DNA of 63,672 bases, counting the filler, from Octopus bimaculoides (Eukaryota), in assembly GCF_001194135.2 (NCBI RefSeq). It is 3 parts of 2 records of this genome, joined end to end, with 100 filler letters (N's around TTAATTAATTAA, not from the genome) between each part and the next. Parts side by side here need not be neighbours in the genome. Positions count along the whole stretch, not along the records: positions 1 to 31,225 come from NC_068993.1; positions 31,326 to 51,760 come from NC_068981.1; 1 more part is not named here. One strand, 5' to 3'. Shown here one piece after another: positions 23,770 to 34,109 of this stretch. The translations under genes were made by a program, and so were the position numbers. The notes below the pieces were generated by a model, which had not been told where the DNA came from, did no database searches, and worked only from the letters and a program-made list of their open reading frames with translations. The stretch's first letter is position 1; every line of letters starts with the position of its first letter.

Positions 23770-23894
23770 GGGCATCCAGCCGTAGAAACACTGCCAGATC
23801 AGATTGGAGCCTGGTGCAGCCATCTGGCTCACCAGACCACAGTCAAACTATCCAACCCATGCCAGCATGGAAAACGGATGTTAAACAATGAGGA
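23770..23894 (+). mobile_element. Short RTE LINE 3'UTR fragment
   Basis: GGGCATCCAGCCGTAGAAAC..TCAGATTGGAGCCTGGTGCAGCC..CCATGCCAGCATGGAAAACGGATGTTAAA. Confidence 0.85.
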
Positions 23895-23969
23895 TATATA
23901 AGTATGTTTGTATGTGTATATATATTGGTGTGAATAGTCATTTGAATGTGTGTGTGTGTGTGTGTATGT

Positions 23970-24013
<44 letters not shown>

Positions 24014-24039
24014 ATTCTGTTTACTACCAACCCATCTAC

Positions 24040-24330
24040 AAAAGTACACCCAACTCCCCATTTTCACCCAATACTTTGTATCTATGATGAAAGAATTCTA
24101 CTCGAGAGCCAAACTTTCTCTCGCAAACTTTTCCTTATATTTGACCTACTTTCATCACATCTCATTCCATTTCAACTTTCCTATATTGTCTCACCTCATT
24201 TCCTCAAAATGTTTCAATCATTGCAATCCCTGTCCTGGATACCATTACACTCCTTTTCCCCCCAGTAGTCCCTATCTCTGGAACTCCCTCCATAACTATG
24301 TTTTCTCTTCAACAATAATCCTCTAACAAT
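24040..24330 (+). mobile_element. Possible old L2/CR1-group LINE 3' end
   Basis: CACTCCTTTTCCCCCAGTAGTCCCTATCTCTGGAACTCCCTCCATAACTATGTTTTC resembles the SFFP....LWNSLP..VF motif at LINE RT ends. Confidence 0.4.
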
Positions 24331-24909
24331 CAATATTGTATATTAACCACACCCACCTCTACCAATTATTCTCCTCTCAGCCTAAAAACATCTGAAAATC
24401 TATACAGACACTTTACAGATTCTTCAGATTAAACAGGAAGGAATTATTGCCCTATTTAAGAAGTACTGTTGTATCTGTACTACTTAGAGGATTATCATCT
24501 CTGCAAGATTTATTTTCCTTTAAGTAAAATTAATCCAAATAATATCATAATCTGTTCAGCAAGAAGTCTTACTTATGTCTGATTTACCAACAGTAAACTG
24601 ATCAAGTGCTCTGCAGAACTTCCAAGCTATAATTATATCTTCTTGTTTAAATATCCATGATATTAAGAACTTAGATTATGGTGTGACAGCTGCTAAAATT
24701 TATAGAGTGAAGCTAATATCATAATTATATAGTTTTAACGAACATATTTATGAAATATTAATGTATGTGAAAGGCTGGTTCAGTGCAAGTCACTTGTTAA
24801 AAATTATTCAGAAGATAAAATGTGTTCACTCGTGAATGCAGCGGAGGAGATGTACTTAAGTACGGATATGGTTTGACCCATGCAAGCGTGGAAAATGGAA
24901 CGGTAAATG

Positions 24910-25048
24910 AAGGTGATGATGATGATGATGACGTTGGTGGTGGTGGTGGTGGTGGTGATGATGACGATGATGATGATGATAGTGAAGATGACAACGATGA
25001 TGATGATATTGATAATGGTGATGATGATGATGATGATGATGATGATGA
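24910..25048. repeat. (GAT/GGT)n microsatellite
   Basis: Direct inspection. Confidence 0.95.
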
Positions 25049-25056
25049 GCTTCATA

Positions 25057-25201
25057 TCTTTTATCTTTTATTTGTTTCAGTCTCTGGACTGTGGCCATGC
25101 TGGGGCACCGTCTGGAAGGGTCGAGACAAACGAATTGGACTCTGTACTTATTTTTAAGCCTGATAACTTATTCTATTGATCTTTTTTTGCTGAACTACTA
25201 A
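25057..25201 (-). mobile_element. SINE family A, 3' half, running into a gap
   Basis: CTTTTATTTGTTTCAGTC..GGCCATGCTGGGGCACC..ACTTATTCTATTGATC..TTGCTGAACTACTA. Confidence 0.75.
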
Positions 25202-25311
25202 NNNNNNNNNNAAACTGGAAAATTTGGTACATTTTTAACTCTTTATTACATACATTTCATTAAACTACAGGAAAAACATTACAAACATAAATAATAATAA
25301 TAATAATGATG

Positions 25312-25615
25312 ATGAAGGTGCATGGCTTAGTGGTTAAGGTGTTGCGCTCACGAGTGTGAGATTGTGGGTTCAATTCCCAGACCGGGTGTTGCGTCATGTT
25401 CTTAAGCAAAGCACTTCATTTCACATTGCTCTGCAATCATTGCGACACCTGACATGTGGCACCCAGTTGCACCTGTACAGGTAATGTCGATCTGATGGAG
25501 AGAGTGAGCTTATGTCTACACAAACATTCGCTCACTATGAACAAATCATTCGTGTGGTTGTTTGTCAAGAAATTGCCGAACCCTCAAGTGTTGTCTAACA
25601 GCGGAAGAGTTCATT
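25312..25615 (+). mobile_element. tRNA-derived SINE, family G
   Basis: TGAAGGTGCATGGCTTAGTGGTTAAGG..GGGTTCAATTCCCAGACCGGG..TTCTTAAGCAAAGCACTTCATTTCAC, with a distinct 3' body. Confidence 0.75.
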
Positions 25616-25690
25616 ATATATATATATATCTTGTTTGTAAAAACAAAAACAAATCTGAAAAAAGAAGCAGACTCTAAGATGTAGAGCAGT

Positions 25691-25929
25691 ATATATTAAA
25701 AATGAGGAAGGCTGATTTAAGGGACTACTTTAGGTTTCCTGTCCATTAAGGGTTTAGCTTTATGGCATATTGTCAGATCCCAAAAACCTGTTGGCCCATG
25801 ACCAATATTTTTAAGAGGTCATGGGTCAACAGGTTTTTGGGATCTGATGAAACACCATAATGCTAAACCCTTTGTGGGCAGGAAACCTAAGGTAATCCCA
25901 TAAACCAGCCCTCTCCATTTTTAATATAT
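25691..25929. mobile_element. Fold-back MITE: about 113-bp imperfect inverted arms around a 13-nt loop
   Basis: 25691-25803 aligns to the reverse complement of 25817-25929; TA-repeat flanks on both sides. Confidence 0.85.
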
Positions 25930-26052
25930 ATATATATACACATATAATTGTTAAATAGGACAACAAACATTAAGGCAACGCAAACATCCATTACAGCACT
26001 TACCTAGCATATCTAATCGTTTAGATCACCTGTGAACTAAACATCCATATTT

Positions 26053-26134
<82 letters not shown>

Positions 26135-26275
26135 CACATGATGGTCTGCCACAGAATTTCCATCTACCAAATTCATTCACAAGGCATTGGGCCTGTCTGA
26201 GGCACTCGCCCAAGGTGCCACATAGTGAGTTAGAACTCAAAACCATGTAGTTTCAAAATGGACTTCTTAACCACC
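26135..26275 (-). mobile_element. SINE family A, degraded 5' half
   Basis: TTTCCATCTACCAAATTCATTCACAAGG..GCCCAAGGTGCCAC..AACCATGTAG. Confidence 0.7.
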
Positions 26276-27014
26276 CACCCAGTACATTCTGGGGTGTGGG
26301 GAAGGGGTGTCTGTGAAAAATACTCAATACACAACAATCTACCCTGCAGACACATACAAGGAATCAGATTTATGATGGAAGTTACCAAAATGTTCCCTCA
26401 ACTCCTTCTAGCTTTATTCCTAATTTCTCCCTCTTTGGAAACCTTTTAAAAATTTACCAATTTCCTGCTAATTAATAATCTATGACCCTTTAATCTCTTA
26501 TCCATCTTAACTTAATCTCTCTTCACTAATTTGTCCTAGTTCTGCCTTCTTTCCCGAACCCTATAATGATTCATTTCTCCCCCTCCTCCACCTCGACCCC
26601 TTTCATTCCTTAATCTTTTCTGCAGATACTTCTCATTCCTCATATCCACATGAATGTCACTAAACCAATTTAAATTACATTTCCGTCATCGCACCACTTG
26701 TGTTCTGCTTTCTTCGCTGTTGTAACACCTCTCTCTCTCTCTTCCTGTCAGTTACCTTACCGAGGTATCTCCTGCACATCAATCTACTCCACCCTCTTTA
26801 AATTTCTGCCATTCTACTGTCAGGTTTGTTGAATAGAATTCCACCCAGCACTGATGTTAAGTTTAAGTCTCAAACCACACCATCCACCACCAGAAGCAAC
26901 ATCACTGCCGCCGCTGTCACCACCACCACCACCATGGGGAGACCCAGTTTGGTTTATTTATATAAATCTCTTTGTATCACATGTATACACGTTAAATGTT
27001 GTATTTTATATCTA

Positions 27015-27205
27015 CATCATCATCCTCATTTAACATCCGTTTCCCATGCTGGCATAGGCTGTATGGATTAACTGAAGCTAGCAAGTCAAAAGACTGCACC
27101 AAGCTCTGCAGTCTGTTTTGGCAGCATTTCTACAGCTGGATACCCTTCCTAACATCAACCACTTTACAGAGTGTACTGGGTGCTTTTTTATGTGGCACTA
27201 GCAGC
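27015..27205 (-). mobile_element. RTE LINE 3'UTR fragment
   Basis: (CAT)n tail, TTTAACATCCGTTTCCCATGCTGGCAT..TTTCTACAGCTGGATACCCTTCCTAAC. Confidence 0.8.
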
Positions 27206-27419
27206 AAAAATAACAATGAATTTATTGTACACCGTGCTCAGGTGTACTATAACTCATTGGTTAAAGTTTAAAAGAAGAATCAAAGGGCAGACATATCAGT
27301 CAATTAAAGACAGACAGTAATGAAAGCTAAAAGTACGTATGTAATATACAGAATAAACCATGAAAATAGAGGAAAGCGAATCTTAAAAGAATCATAAAGA
27401 ATAAAGATGCATAGGTATG

Positions 27420-27555
27420 TCAGGAGTGGTGTTGGTTAATATCATGAAGCATAGAGTTTTTGAAGGATGCAATGTCCTGAAAATCAACAATAGATGCAGG
27501 TAGTTTAGTCCATGCTTCAGCAATGTTGAGTGTGAGAAATTGTTTCTGAAAGTAT
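27420..27555 (-). mobile_element. CR1-clade LINE extreme 3' fragment
   Basis: Minus-strand FQKQFLTLNIAEAWTKLPASIVDFQDIASFKNSMLHDINQH resembles the CR1 end motif FF..RV...WN.LP..VV....SFK. Confidence 0.65.
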
Positions 27556-27557
27556 TG

Positions 27558-28015
27558 GAAGACCTGGGATGAGGTGGTGAAGCATGACCTTTGAATGTTG
27601 GGCCTCATGGAGGCGATGACAAGTGACTAAGATCTTTGGAGAAATGCTGTGCTTGAGAAGACCTGGCAAGGCAAGTGAGACCATAACTGTGGCATGCCAG
27701 TGCAGCATAACTGGCCCATTTAAGAGCATCCTTCAATCACTGGGCAATACACTGCATTTGCGAAGATCTGTTGAGTCAAGGGAAGTCATTTTCATGGCCG
27801 ATGACAGTACCACCTGATTGTCACCTGTGCTGGTGGCCCGTAAAAAGAACTCACTACACTCTCAGAGTGGTTGGTGTTAGAAAGGGCATCCAACTGTAGA
27901 AACTTTGCCAGATCAGATTGGAGCCTGGTGAAGCCTCTTAGCTTGCCAGTTGTCAGTCAAACCATCCAACCCATGCCAGCATGGAAAGCGGACATTAAAC
28001 GATGATGATGATGAT
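27558..28015 (+). mobile_element. RTE-clade LINE 3' end: ORF C-terminus, complete 3'UTR and (GAT)n tail
   Basis: KTWDEVVKHDL*MLGLMEAMTSD*DLWRNAVLEKTWQGK* (RTE C-terminus) runs directly into the dispersed repeat seen at 6.1, 10.4, 14.4, 16.8, 23.8 and 27.0 kb, identifying that repeat as the RTE 3'UTR. Confidence 0.85.
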
Positions 28016-28681
28016 TCACAAGTGGTAAAATATCAAATTCAAAAAAAGGGTTCCAAAGTTGTTGCTAAGATGGTAGAGGGTCTTGTGGGTTTTTACCGAG
28101 TCACCTGTTAATTATCGATGGTGAGTTAACGGCCAGAGGAGCAATATATTTGAGACATTGTAAGAGGCTAATAAGTGACTGGTTGCAAGAGACAATGGTC
28201 TCTGTTGCTGCCGTTGTTTCTCTAGTTATTGTTGTTATCATGTTCCACTTTGTAAAACGTGTTTACTGATGCCCATCCAAACATTTTATTTCCAGTTGGT
28301 TGAAATACATACACAGTTTCAATGGTGATGAATATTCCAAAGTTAAAAATGAAAGATCCAGAGGGAAACAGTGATATGGTGAGTAATCCACACTTCCATG
28401 TTTGACATTAAAATCTCTGATTAAAAACTCTGATTCCACTGCTGGAATTTGAACCATGCATCCATTGCTTGCCAAACTCCCGTGTTATTAATTACAGGAC
28501 TGAGCCACTCGAATATCTATTTTAGCCAATTAGATACCACAAATATTTATCTAATATTTTTTACGGTATCATTTTATCTCAAAGAGATAATTGGTCGGTC
28601 ACTTAGTGCTATCAGGATAGGTTATTATAACAGTGCCCAACATAGTAAGGTGTTTTAACTTATATATGTATGTGTATGCCC

Positions 28682-28738
<57 letters not shown>

Positions 28739-28809
28739 AAAAGAAAGAAAATGGAGAATTATGGAATTATATATAAAACAAAACAGGAAGTTGGAAAATT
28801 TTTTGTGGC

Positions 28810-28899
28810 ATAGTTCACCTTGGCAGAATTTGAATTTTATATGTATAAACAGATGAAATGTTACTAAGCATTTTGCTCGGCAGAGTAATGATTCTGCCA
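28810..28899 (-). mobile_element. SINE family C, degraded head
   Basis: Reverse complement GTGGCAGAATCATTAC..AAATGCTTAG..TTCAAATTCTGCCAAGGTGAACT. Confidence 0.55.
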
Positions 28900-29365
28900 C
28901 ACATATATATATGTATGTATATATATAGATATATATGTATAAAATGAGAGAGAGAGAGAGAAAGAGAGTAGAGGAGGGGAGAGGGGAGAGAGAGAGAGAG
29001 AGAGCAACTTGAAGAAGAAATGTAGCTTGTTATGTTAATTAACCCCATCAATCAAATTGTAAATTATCTGCCAAGATCATCTTCAACGTCAATTATTTCA
29101 GATGTTATGAGACACCAATTTAAAACAGTAAAAAAGAACAATGGTAAGCCTGTTGCTCTTTCTTGCTAATCATAATGTCTATCATTAATTACATTGAGTA
29201 TCTTAGCAGTTAATTCATAATCCACATTATGGATTGGCTAGTTCTGCAAATTTATACAATTGCCTGAATGTGGATTACTATTGTTGGGGTTTTACAGATT
29301 TATGTGTTCTGTGCTGAAGTCCAATGTTGAAAAGTTATGTGTGTGTGTGTGTGTGCTTGCGTGCA

Positions 29366-29402
<37 letters not shown>

Positions 29403-29639
29403 ATGCGTGTGTATGTGTGTGTGTATTGTACCTTTTGTGTAAGTAGAGTATGAATGTGTTCAATGGCCAGGTGTGCAAGACTGGAACTGTGTTTAGTATA
29501 AATGCCCATTTAGCTTCTTTATGTCTGCCATGGATGGGTGGGTAGTCAGACATCATCACCCTCCTTCTTCTCCTCCTTGTATTGATAATCTCTTCACAGG
29601 TAACAACCTGCCATGTCACTCCAGTCCCTCCCTCCATCT

Positions 29640-30610
29640 AACACTGATGGATAATCGAAGCACACTGTAGACCCCTCTCAAAAGGTATGGCAACTTAATT
29701 GGCTTAATTTCCTACAGCATTCTCAACAACAGTTTCCTTTGCTCAACTCTCTCTCATACTGCCCTTACTGACTTTGCTGATAGCCTCTCCATACATGGCT
29801 TGTACAGTCCTCACAAGCTATTCATCCCAGTTTTCTTAATAACCACCAAACCACAGAACATGATATCCTGTTGAAGGCTTTTTCCAGCTCGATAAATGCT
29901 AGGTGTAGTGGCTGGCTATTGACTAAAAAACTTCTTTAGTTCTCTCACGAGGAAGAGGACACAAACCGAAACTGTATGTCAGCCCTTTCTGTTACTTTCA
30001 TAACTTTGAAAACATGGTTAATTTGTCTGATGTCTCCATATTTGCTTCCTTCTAAAGCATCTCCTTTACCCTTGCTTCAATTGTTGATAAGACTGCTCAC
30101 CAATCAATGGTTATAATACCTCTATTATCACCTAATTGACTTAATAAATTACTAACACATGCCCCAACTTACTGGATATTTCCTGCATCTCAGCTATATT
30201 CCCTAATGGTTCAGCCCCTTTCCTTGCTTTCAAATCTTCAACTGCATTTTTAACAGTCAGTTTCAATAGCTGGTCCCACCATTGGGTATTTTTCTCTCTC
30301 ATGCATTCTCTTCTTTCAGCAACCTCTCATAATAGTAACATTTCCAAATCTCTCTCTTCTCAGCTATCATTCCATACACATGCTTTCTAAACAACATCTT
30401 GATTTATACTCACCCACAGATTACAATCTGGAAAATCTCCTGCTTCTGGTCCTCTCATTGCAGAACTGGAAAATCTATTACTCCCAGCCTCTGTTTGTGC
30501 TACATGTTCTTGACATGCTACCTGATACTTCTCTGGTTTTACCTTTTCTTTTCTTCCAATTTTTCCAAGTCTGTCACTCAGCTTTATCTTCTGTACCATT
30601 CTGCCGTATG
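29640..30610 (-). mobile_element. RTE-clade LINE reverse-transcriptase remnant
   Basis: Minus-strand KGAEPLGNIAEM (K.PGP.GI.AEM-like), GKGDALEGSKYGDI and QPLHLAFIELEKAFNRISCSVVWWLLRKLG; many stops and frameshifts. Confidence 0.75.
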
Positions 30611-30708
30611 TAAACTTCCATGCTGTTAATAGATCTGTAATGTAGAGCCGTATGCTTTGACTTATGTGTGTGTATATGTATGCATACGTTTGAATGTCTA
30701 TGCATCAG

Positions 30709-30870
30709 ACTGCCAACTGGTGAAGTTATTAAGCATCAGATGGATTGCTTTGCAATTAAACATTCTGGATCTCTACACTCTGAATTCAAATTCTACCATG
30801 GTCAATTTTGTCTCTCATCCTTTTTTTTAGTGGGGGGGGGGTGCTCAATAAATAAAGTACCAGTCCCTTA
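30709..30870 (+). mobile_element. SINE family C, degraded
   Basis: CTCTGAATTCAAATTCTACCATGGTCAATTTTGTCTCTCATCCTTT..AATAAATAAAGTACCAG. Confidence 0.55.
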
Positions 30871-30999
30871 CTGGAATCAATTCTTCTCTTTGTCTCACTT
30901 CTGCATTCTTTCTGTCTTGCTGTCTTCAGGAAGAAATTGGCCGTGGTCAAACCTGTACAATAATGGGTGTAACTCGGTCTAAAAATGCCTGAGATACAG

Positions 31000-31165
31000 A
31001 CATGGCTGTGGCTGTGTGATTAAGAAGCTTGCTTTTCCAACCACATGGTTTCAGGTTCAGTCCCACAGCATGGTACTTAGTGTAAGTACCTTCTACTGAA
31101 GCGCCTGTTCAACCAATGCCTTGTGAATGAATTTCATAAATGGAAACCATGTGGAAGCCTAGCAT
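31000..31165 (+). mobile_element. SINE family A, older 5' half, ending in (TA)n and a gap
   Basis: GGCTGTGTGATTAAGAAGCTTGCTTTTCCAACCACATGGTTTCAGGTTCAGTCCCAC. Confidence 0.75.
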
Positions 31166-31175
31166 GTATGTGTAC

Positions 31176-31225
<50 letters not shown>

Positions 31226-31325
31226 NNNNNNNNNNNNNNNNNNNNNNNNNNNNNNNNNNNNNNNNNNNNTTAATTAATTAANNNNNNNNNNNNNNNNNNN
31301 NNNNNNNNNNNNNNNNNNNNNNNNN
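31226..31325. other. Artificial scaffold linker: 44 N + TTAATTAATTAA + 44 N
   Basis: Exactly 100 bp and identical to the linker at 51761-51860; the 12-mer places stop codons in all six frames. Confidence 0.95.
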
Positions 31326-31492
31326 TACGACGGGCTTTTTTCAGTTTACGTCTACCCAATCCACTCACAAGTCTTTGGTCGGCCGGAGGCTATAGTAGAA
31401 GACATTTGCCGAAGGTACCACTCAGTGGGACTGAACTCAGAACCATGTGGTTGGTAAGTAAGCTACTTACCACACAGCCGCTCCTGCGCCTA
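31326..31492 (-). mobile_element. SINE family A, young 5' half
   Basis: TACGACGGGCTT..CCACTCACAAG..AACCATGTGGTTGGTAAG..CTTACCACACAGCCGCTCCTGCGCCTA. Confidence 0.9.
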
Positions 31493-31689
31493 AATAAAAT
31501 AGTTTGGTAACATTTAAAAAAAGTTATTTCCAGTCTTTCTATTCTTTTACTTTATTACTTGCTGTCCTTAGGCTGGCAAATAATAAATATGCTGGAACAT
31601 GCCTAGAAAGATTCTGTGATGTAAATCGAATCTAGTATTTATCTTAAGGTCAACAGATCATATATCTGAAAATGAAGCGCACTCAAAGA

Positions 31690-31766
31690 AATATTACCGG
31701 TCCCTGGCACACTGGAAAAAGAAAAAAACTGACGGTACGCCACACCAGAAAGTTTGAGAAACACTG
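31690..31766. mobile_element. hAT-type MITE right terminus
   Basis: Ends AAAGTTTGAGAAACACTG (reverse complement CAGTGTTTCTCAAACTTT), followed by CTCTAAGG, which resembles a hAT 8-bp target site. Confidence 0.5.
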
Positions 31767-32333
31767 CTCTAAGGCATTAGAGTAGTAATATATGTATATA
31801 TACTAGAATGCTAAAAGTTGTGGCCGGTCAATGTGTGACTACTTCAGACTTGGAATTATCCATTCGTTGAAAAGTCCCGCCAGAGCTCGTTCGATTATCA
31901 CTGCGGCTAGAGCCGATGTAAGTGGGATAACCATCTCCCGTCCGCAGCATGGACAATTATCTTTTGTTTACATAACCAATTGGCCTTTACGTATTTCTTC
32001 CTCCAGTTCCAGAAAGCTTATGCGCTTTCAGCCATTTTGAATCTGATGAGTCACGTATACTGCTAAGCGCTTCATAGTTGCGAAACCAACGGCAAGTTTA
32101 TAAACGGGAGTAACATTTAACTTCGTAGTNNNNNNNNNNNNNNNNNNNNNNNNNNNNNNNNNNNNNNNNNNNNNNNNNNNNNNNNNNNNNNNNNNNNNNN
32201 NNNNNNNNNNNNNNNNNNNNNNNNNNNNNNNNNNNNNNNNNNNNNNNNNNNNNNNNNNNNNNNNNNNNNNNNNNNNNNNNNNNNNNNNNNNNNNNNNNNN
32301 NNNNNNNNNNNNNNNNNNNNNNNNNNNNNNNNN

Positions 32334-32501
32334 AAAAATAACAACAGACGAGGACAGGTGGTGTAAATAACAAAAGTATATATTAGTATGACGCTCGGGA
32401 ATACGGAAAGTCTTTGACGTTTCGAGCTACGCTCTTCAACAGAAAGAATACGGAGACAAGGAGAAAAACACGGAGAAAAAAAAAATGGGGAGAAAAAAAA
32501 T

Positions 32502-32505
<4 letters not shown>
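32334..32505 (-). mobile_element. Penelope-type terminal module or short element carrying a minimal hammerhead
   Basis: Contains the hammerhead at 32411-32447 and shares the downstream CCCGAGCGTC and GTCCTCG..(TTG)n layout with 40290-40497 and 49765-49982. Confidence 0.6.
32411..32447 (-). ncRNA. Minimal type I hammerhead ribozyme motif (CUGUUGA core variant)
   Basis: UCUUU-CUGUUGA-A-GAGC(GUA)GCUC-GAAA-CG-UC-AAAGA: 5-bp stem I, 4-bp stem II, palindromic ACGU stem III, GUC cleavage triplet. Confidence 0.65.
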
Positions 32506-32532
<27 letters not shown>

Positions 32533-33537
32533 ACAGGTATAAGGTTTGAACTGCTAGGCTAAATCCGAAAAGTTAGTGCTACAGCATGGCCAAAGTTCGT
32601 TGAGTGAAACAAGTAAAAGGTAATAGATAATATATGTACGTGATTGTGTGAGTATGTGCGCGCGCGTGTATATATATTTGTATATGCTTGTATATATTTG
32701 TATATATATTAATTCAACTCAATTGAATTAATATCAACAAATTTTAAATGTTTTTCCTAATAGAATTCCGTTGAGGCATATTTTCGTTCACCCAGTATAA
32801 CAGAACCTTTTGGTTATATATGAGCAAGCTCTTCTCATTCTTATAAGTTCCAGTCGCTTGAAACTTATCTTAGAGGAGATTGTTTATAGTAAAGTAAGGA
32901 GAGAACTAGTTTCTTCGTTCGTCTGTCACCGAAGCCTATATATGTCTTGGATGGTTGCCGAAAAATTACCGTAATGTACATATTTCTTTTAAATGCGAAC
33001 ATTATTCATACGAGGGTATGTTTTATATGGATATTACAGATATTCAGCATAACCTCAACTAATTTCTAACTAATTTTTCGTGCAATTTCAATGAATATAT
33101 GACTCGAATTAACTTATACCTTGTGAGGTTCATGTCTATCTAGTTAGCAGACACACAAACACAAACACTTACATGTGTATGCAGAATCCCTGACAAGCAA
33201 TTTAAGCCTATGACTAAGGTCGAATACATGCCTGCTTATGTGTCCATATCACATACTATACTGTTTAACTTGCTAATGAAATCGTTTCTTAGCGCCAAAC
33301 ATATCGATTAAAAAGATTATTCATATTTCTGTTTGATGATTATATTCTGCCTTTCATTGCATGGAATGAAATGCTGTACACACACTCACAGAAAACACAT
33401 GCGTCACACAAATACACATATACTTATCCAAACATGCGTACATATATATGCATGTATACATATGTGTGTGAATATATACATATATATTTATGTATGTATG
33501 TGTGCGTGAGGGAGTTAGATTTTGTGTGTGTTTGTGT

Positions 33538-33577
<40 letters not shown>

Positions 33578-33844
33578 ATCTATATGCACGCACTAACAGG
33601 CACTCATATATGTGTATGTGTCAGGGCGTATTTAATTTTTTGTTTAATTTTTAAATAAAGATTTTTATGATTGTGTTAACATTTTTACTTTTTAAACTTC
33701 ACATGAGTTTTATCTACTCTCGCTTTGAATCGACATAAAATTAATATAGGACGGTCACAAATTTAAGTCAATAAGCGTAATTGTTTATATTTTATGATAA
33801 AATTTGTTTTCCCCTGCAAGAGAGTATTTGAATTCTTGCGTATA

Positions 33845-33949
33845 AAAATAATAACGACGACAATGACGACGGAGTCTACAATAACAACAACAGTGATGAT
33901 AATGATGATGATGTTGATGATGATGATGATGATGATGATGATAATAATG

Positions 33950-34022
<73 letters not shown>

Positions 34023-34036
34023 TGATGATGATGATG

Positions 34037-34105
<69 letters not shown>
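33845..34105. repeat. (GAT)n/(AAT)n compound microsatellite
   Basis: Direct inspection; source of the poly-I, poly-M and poly-L ORFs. Confidence 0.95.

Positions 34106-34109
<4 letters not shown>

Noticed and set aside
24380-24790. Short open frames with splice-like signals on both strands
   Set aside because: No frame is open between a credible acceptor and donor, and no motif is recognisable.
32036-32100. CTGATGA...GAAAC resembling a hammerhead
   Set aside because: Stem II is mismatched (GTCAC/GTTGC), and I could not form stems I and III with a valid NUH triplet in type I or type III topology.
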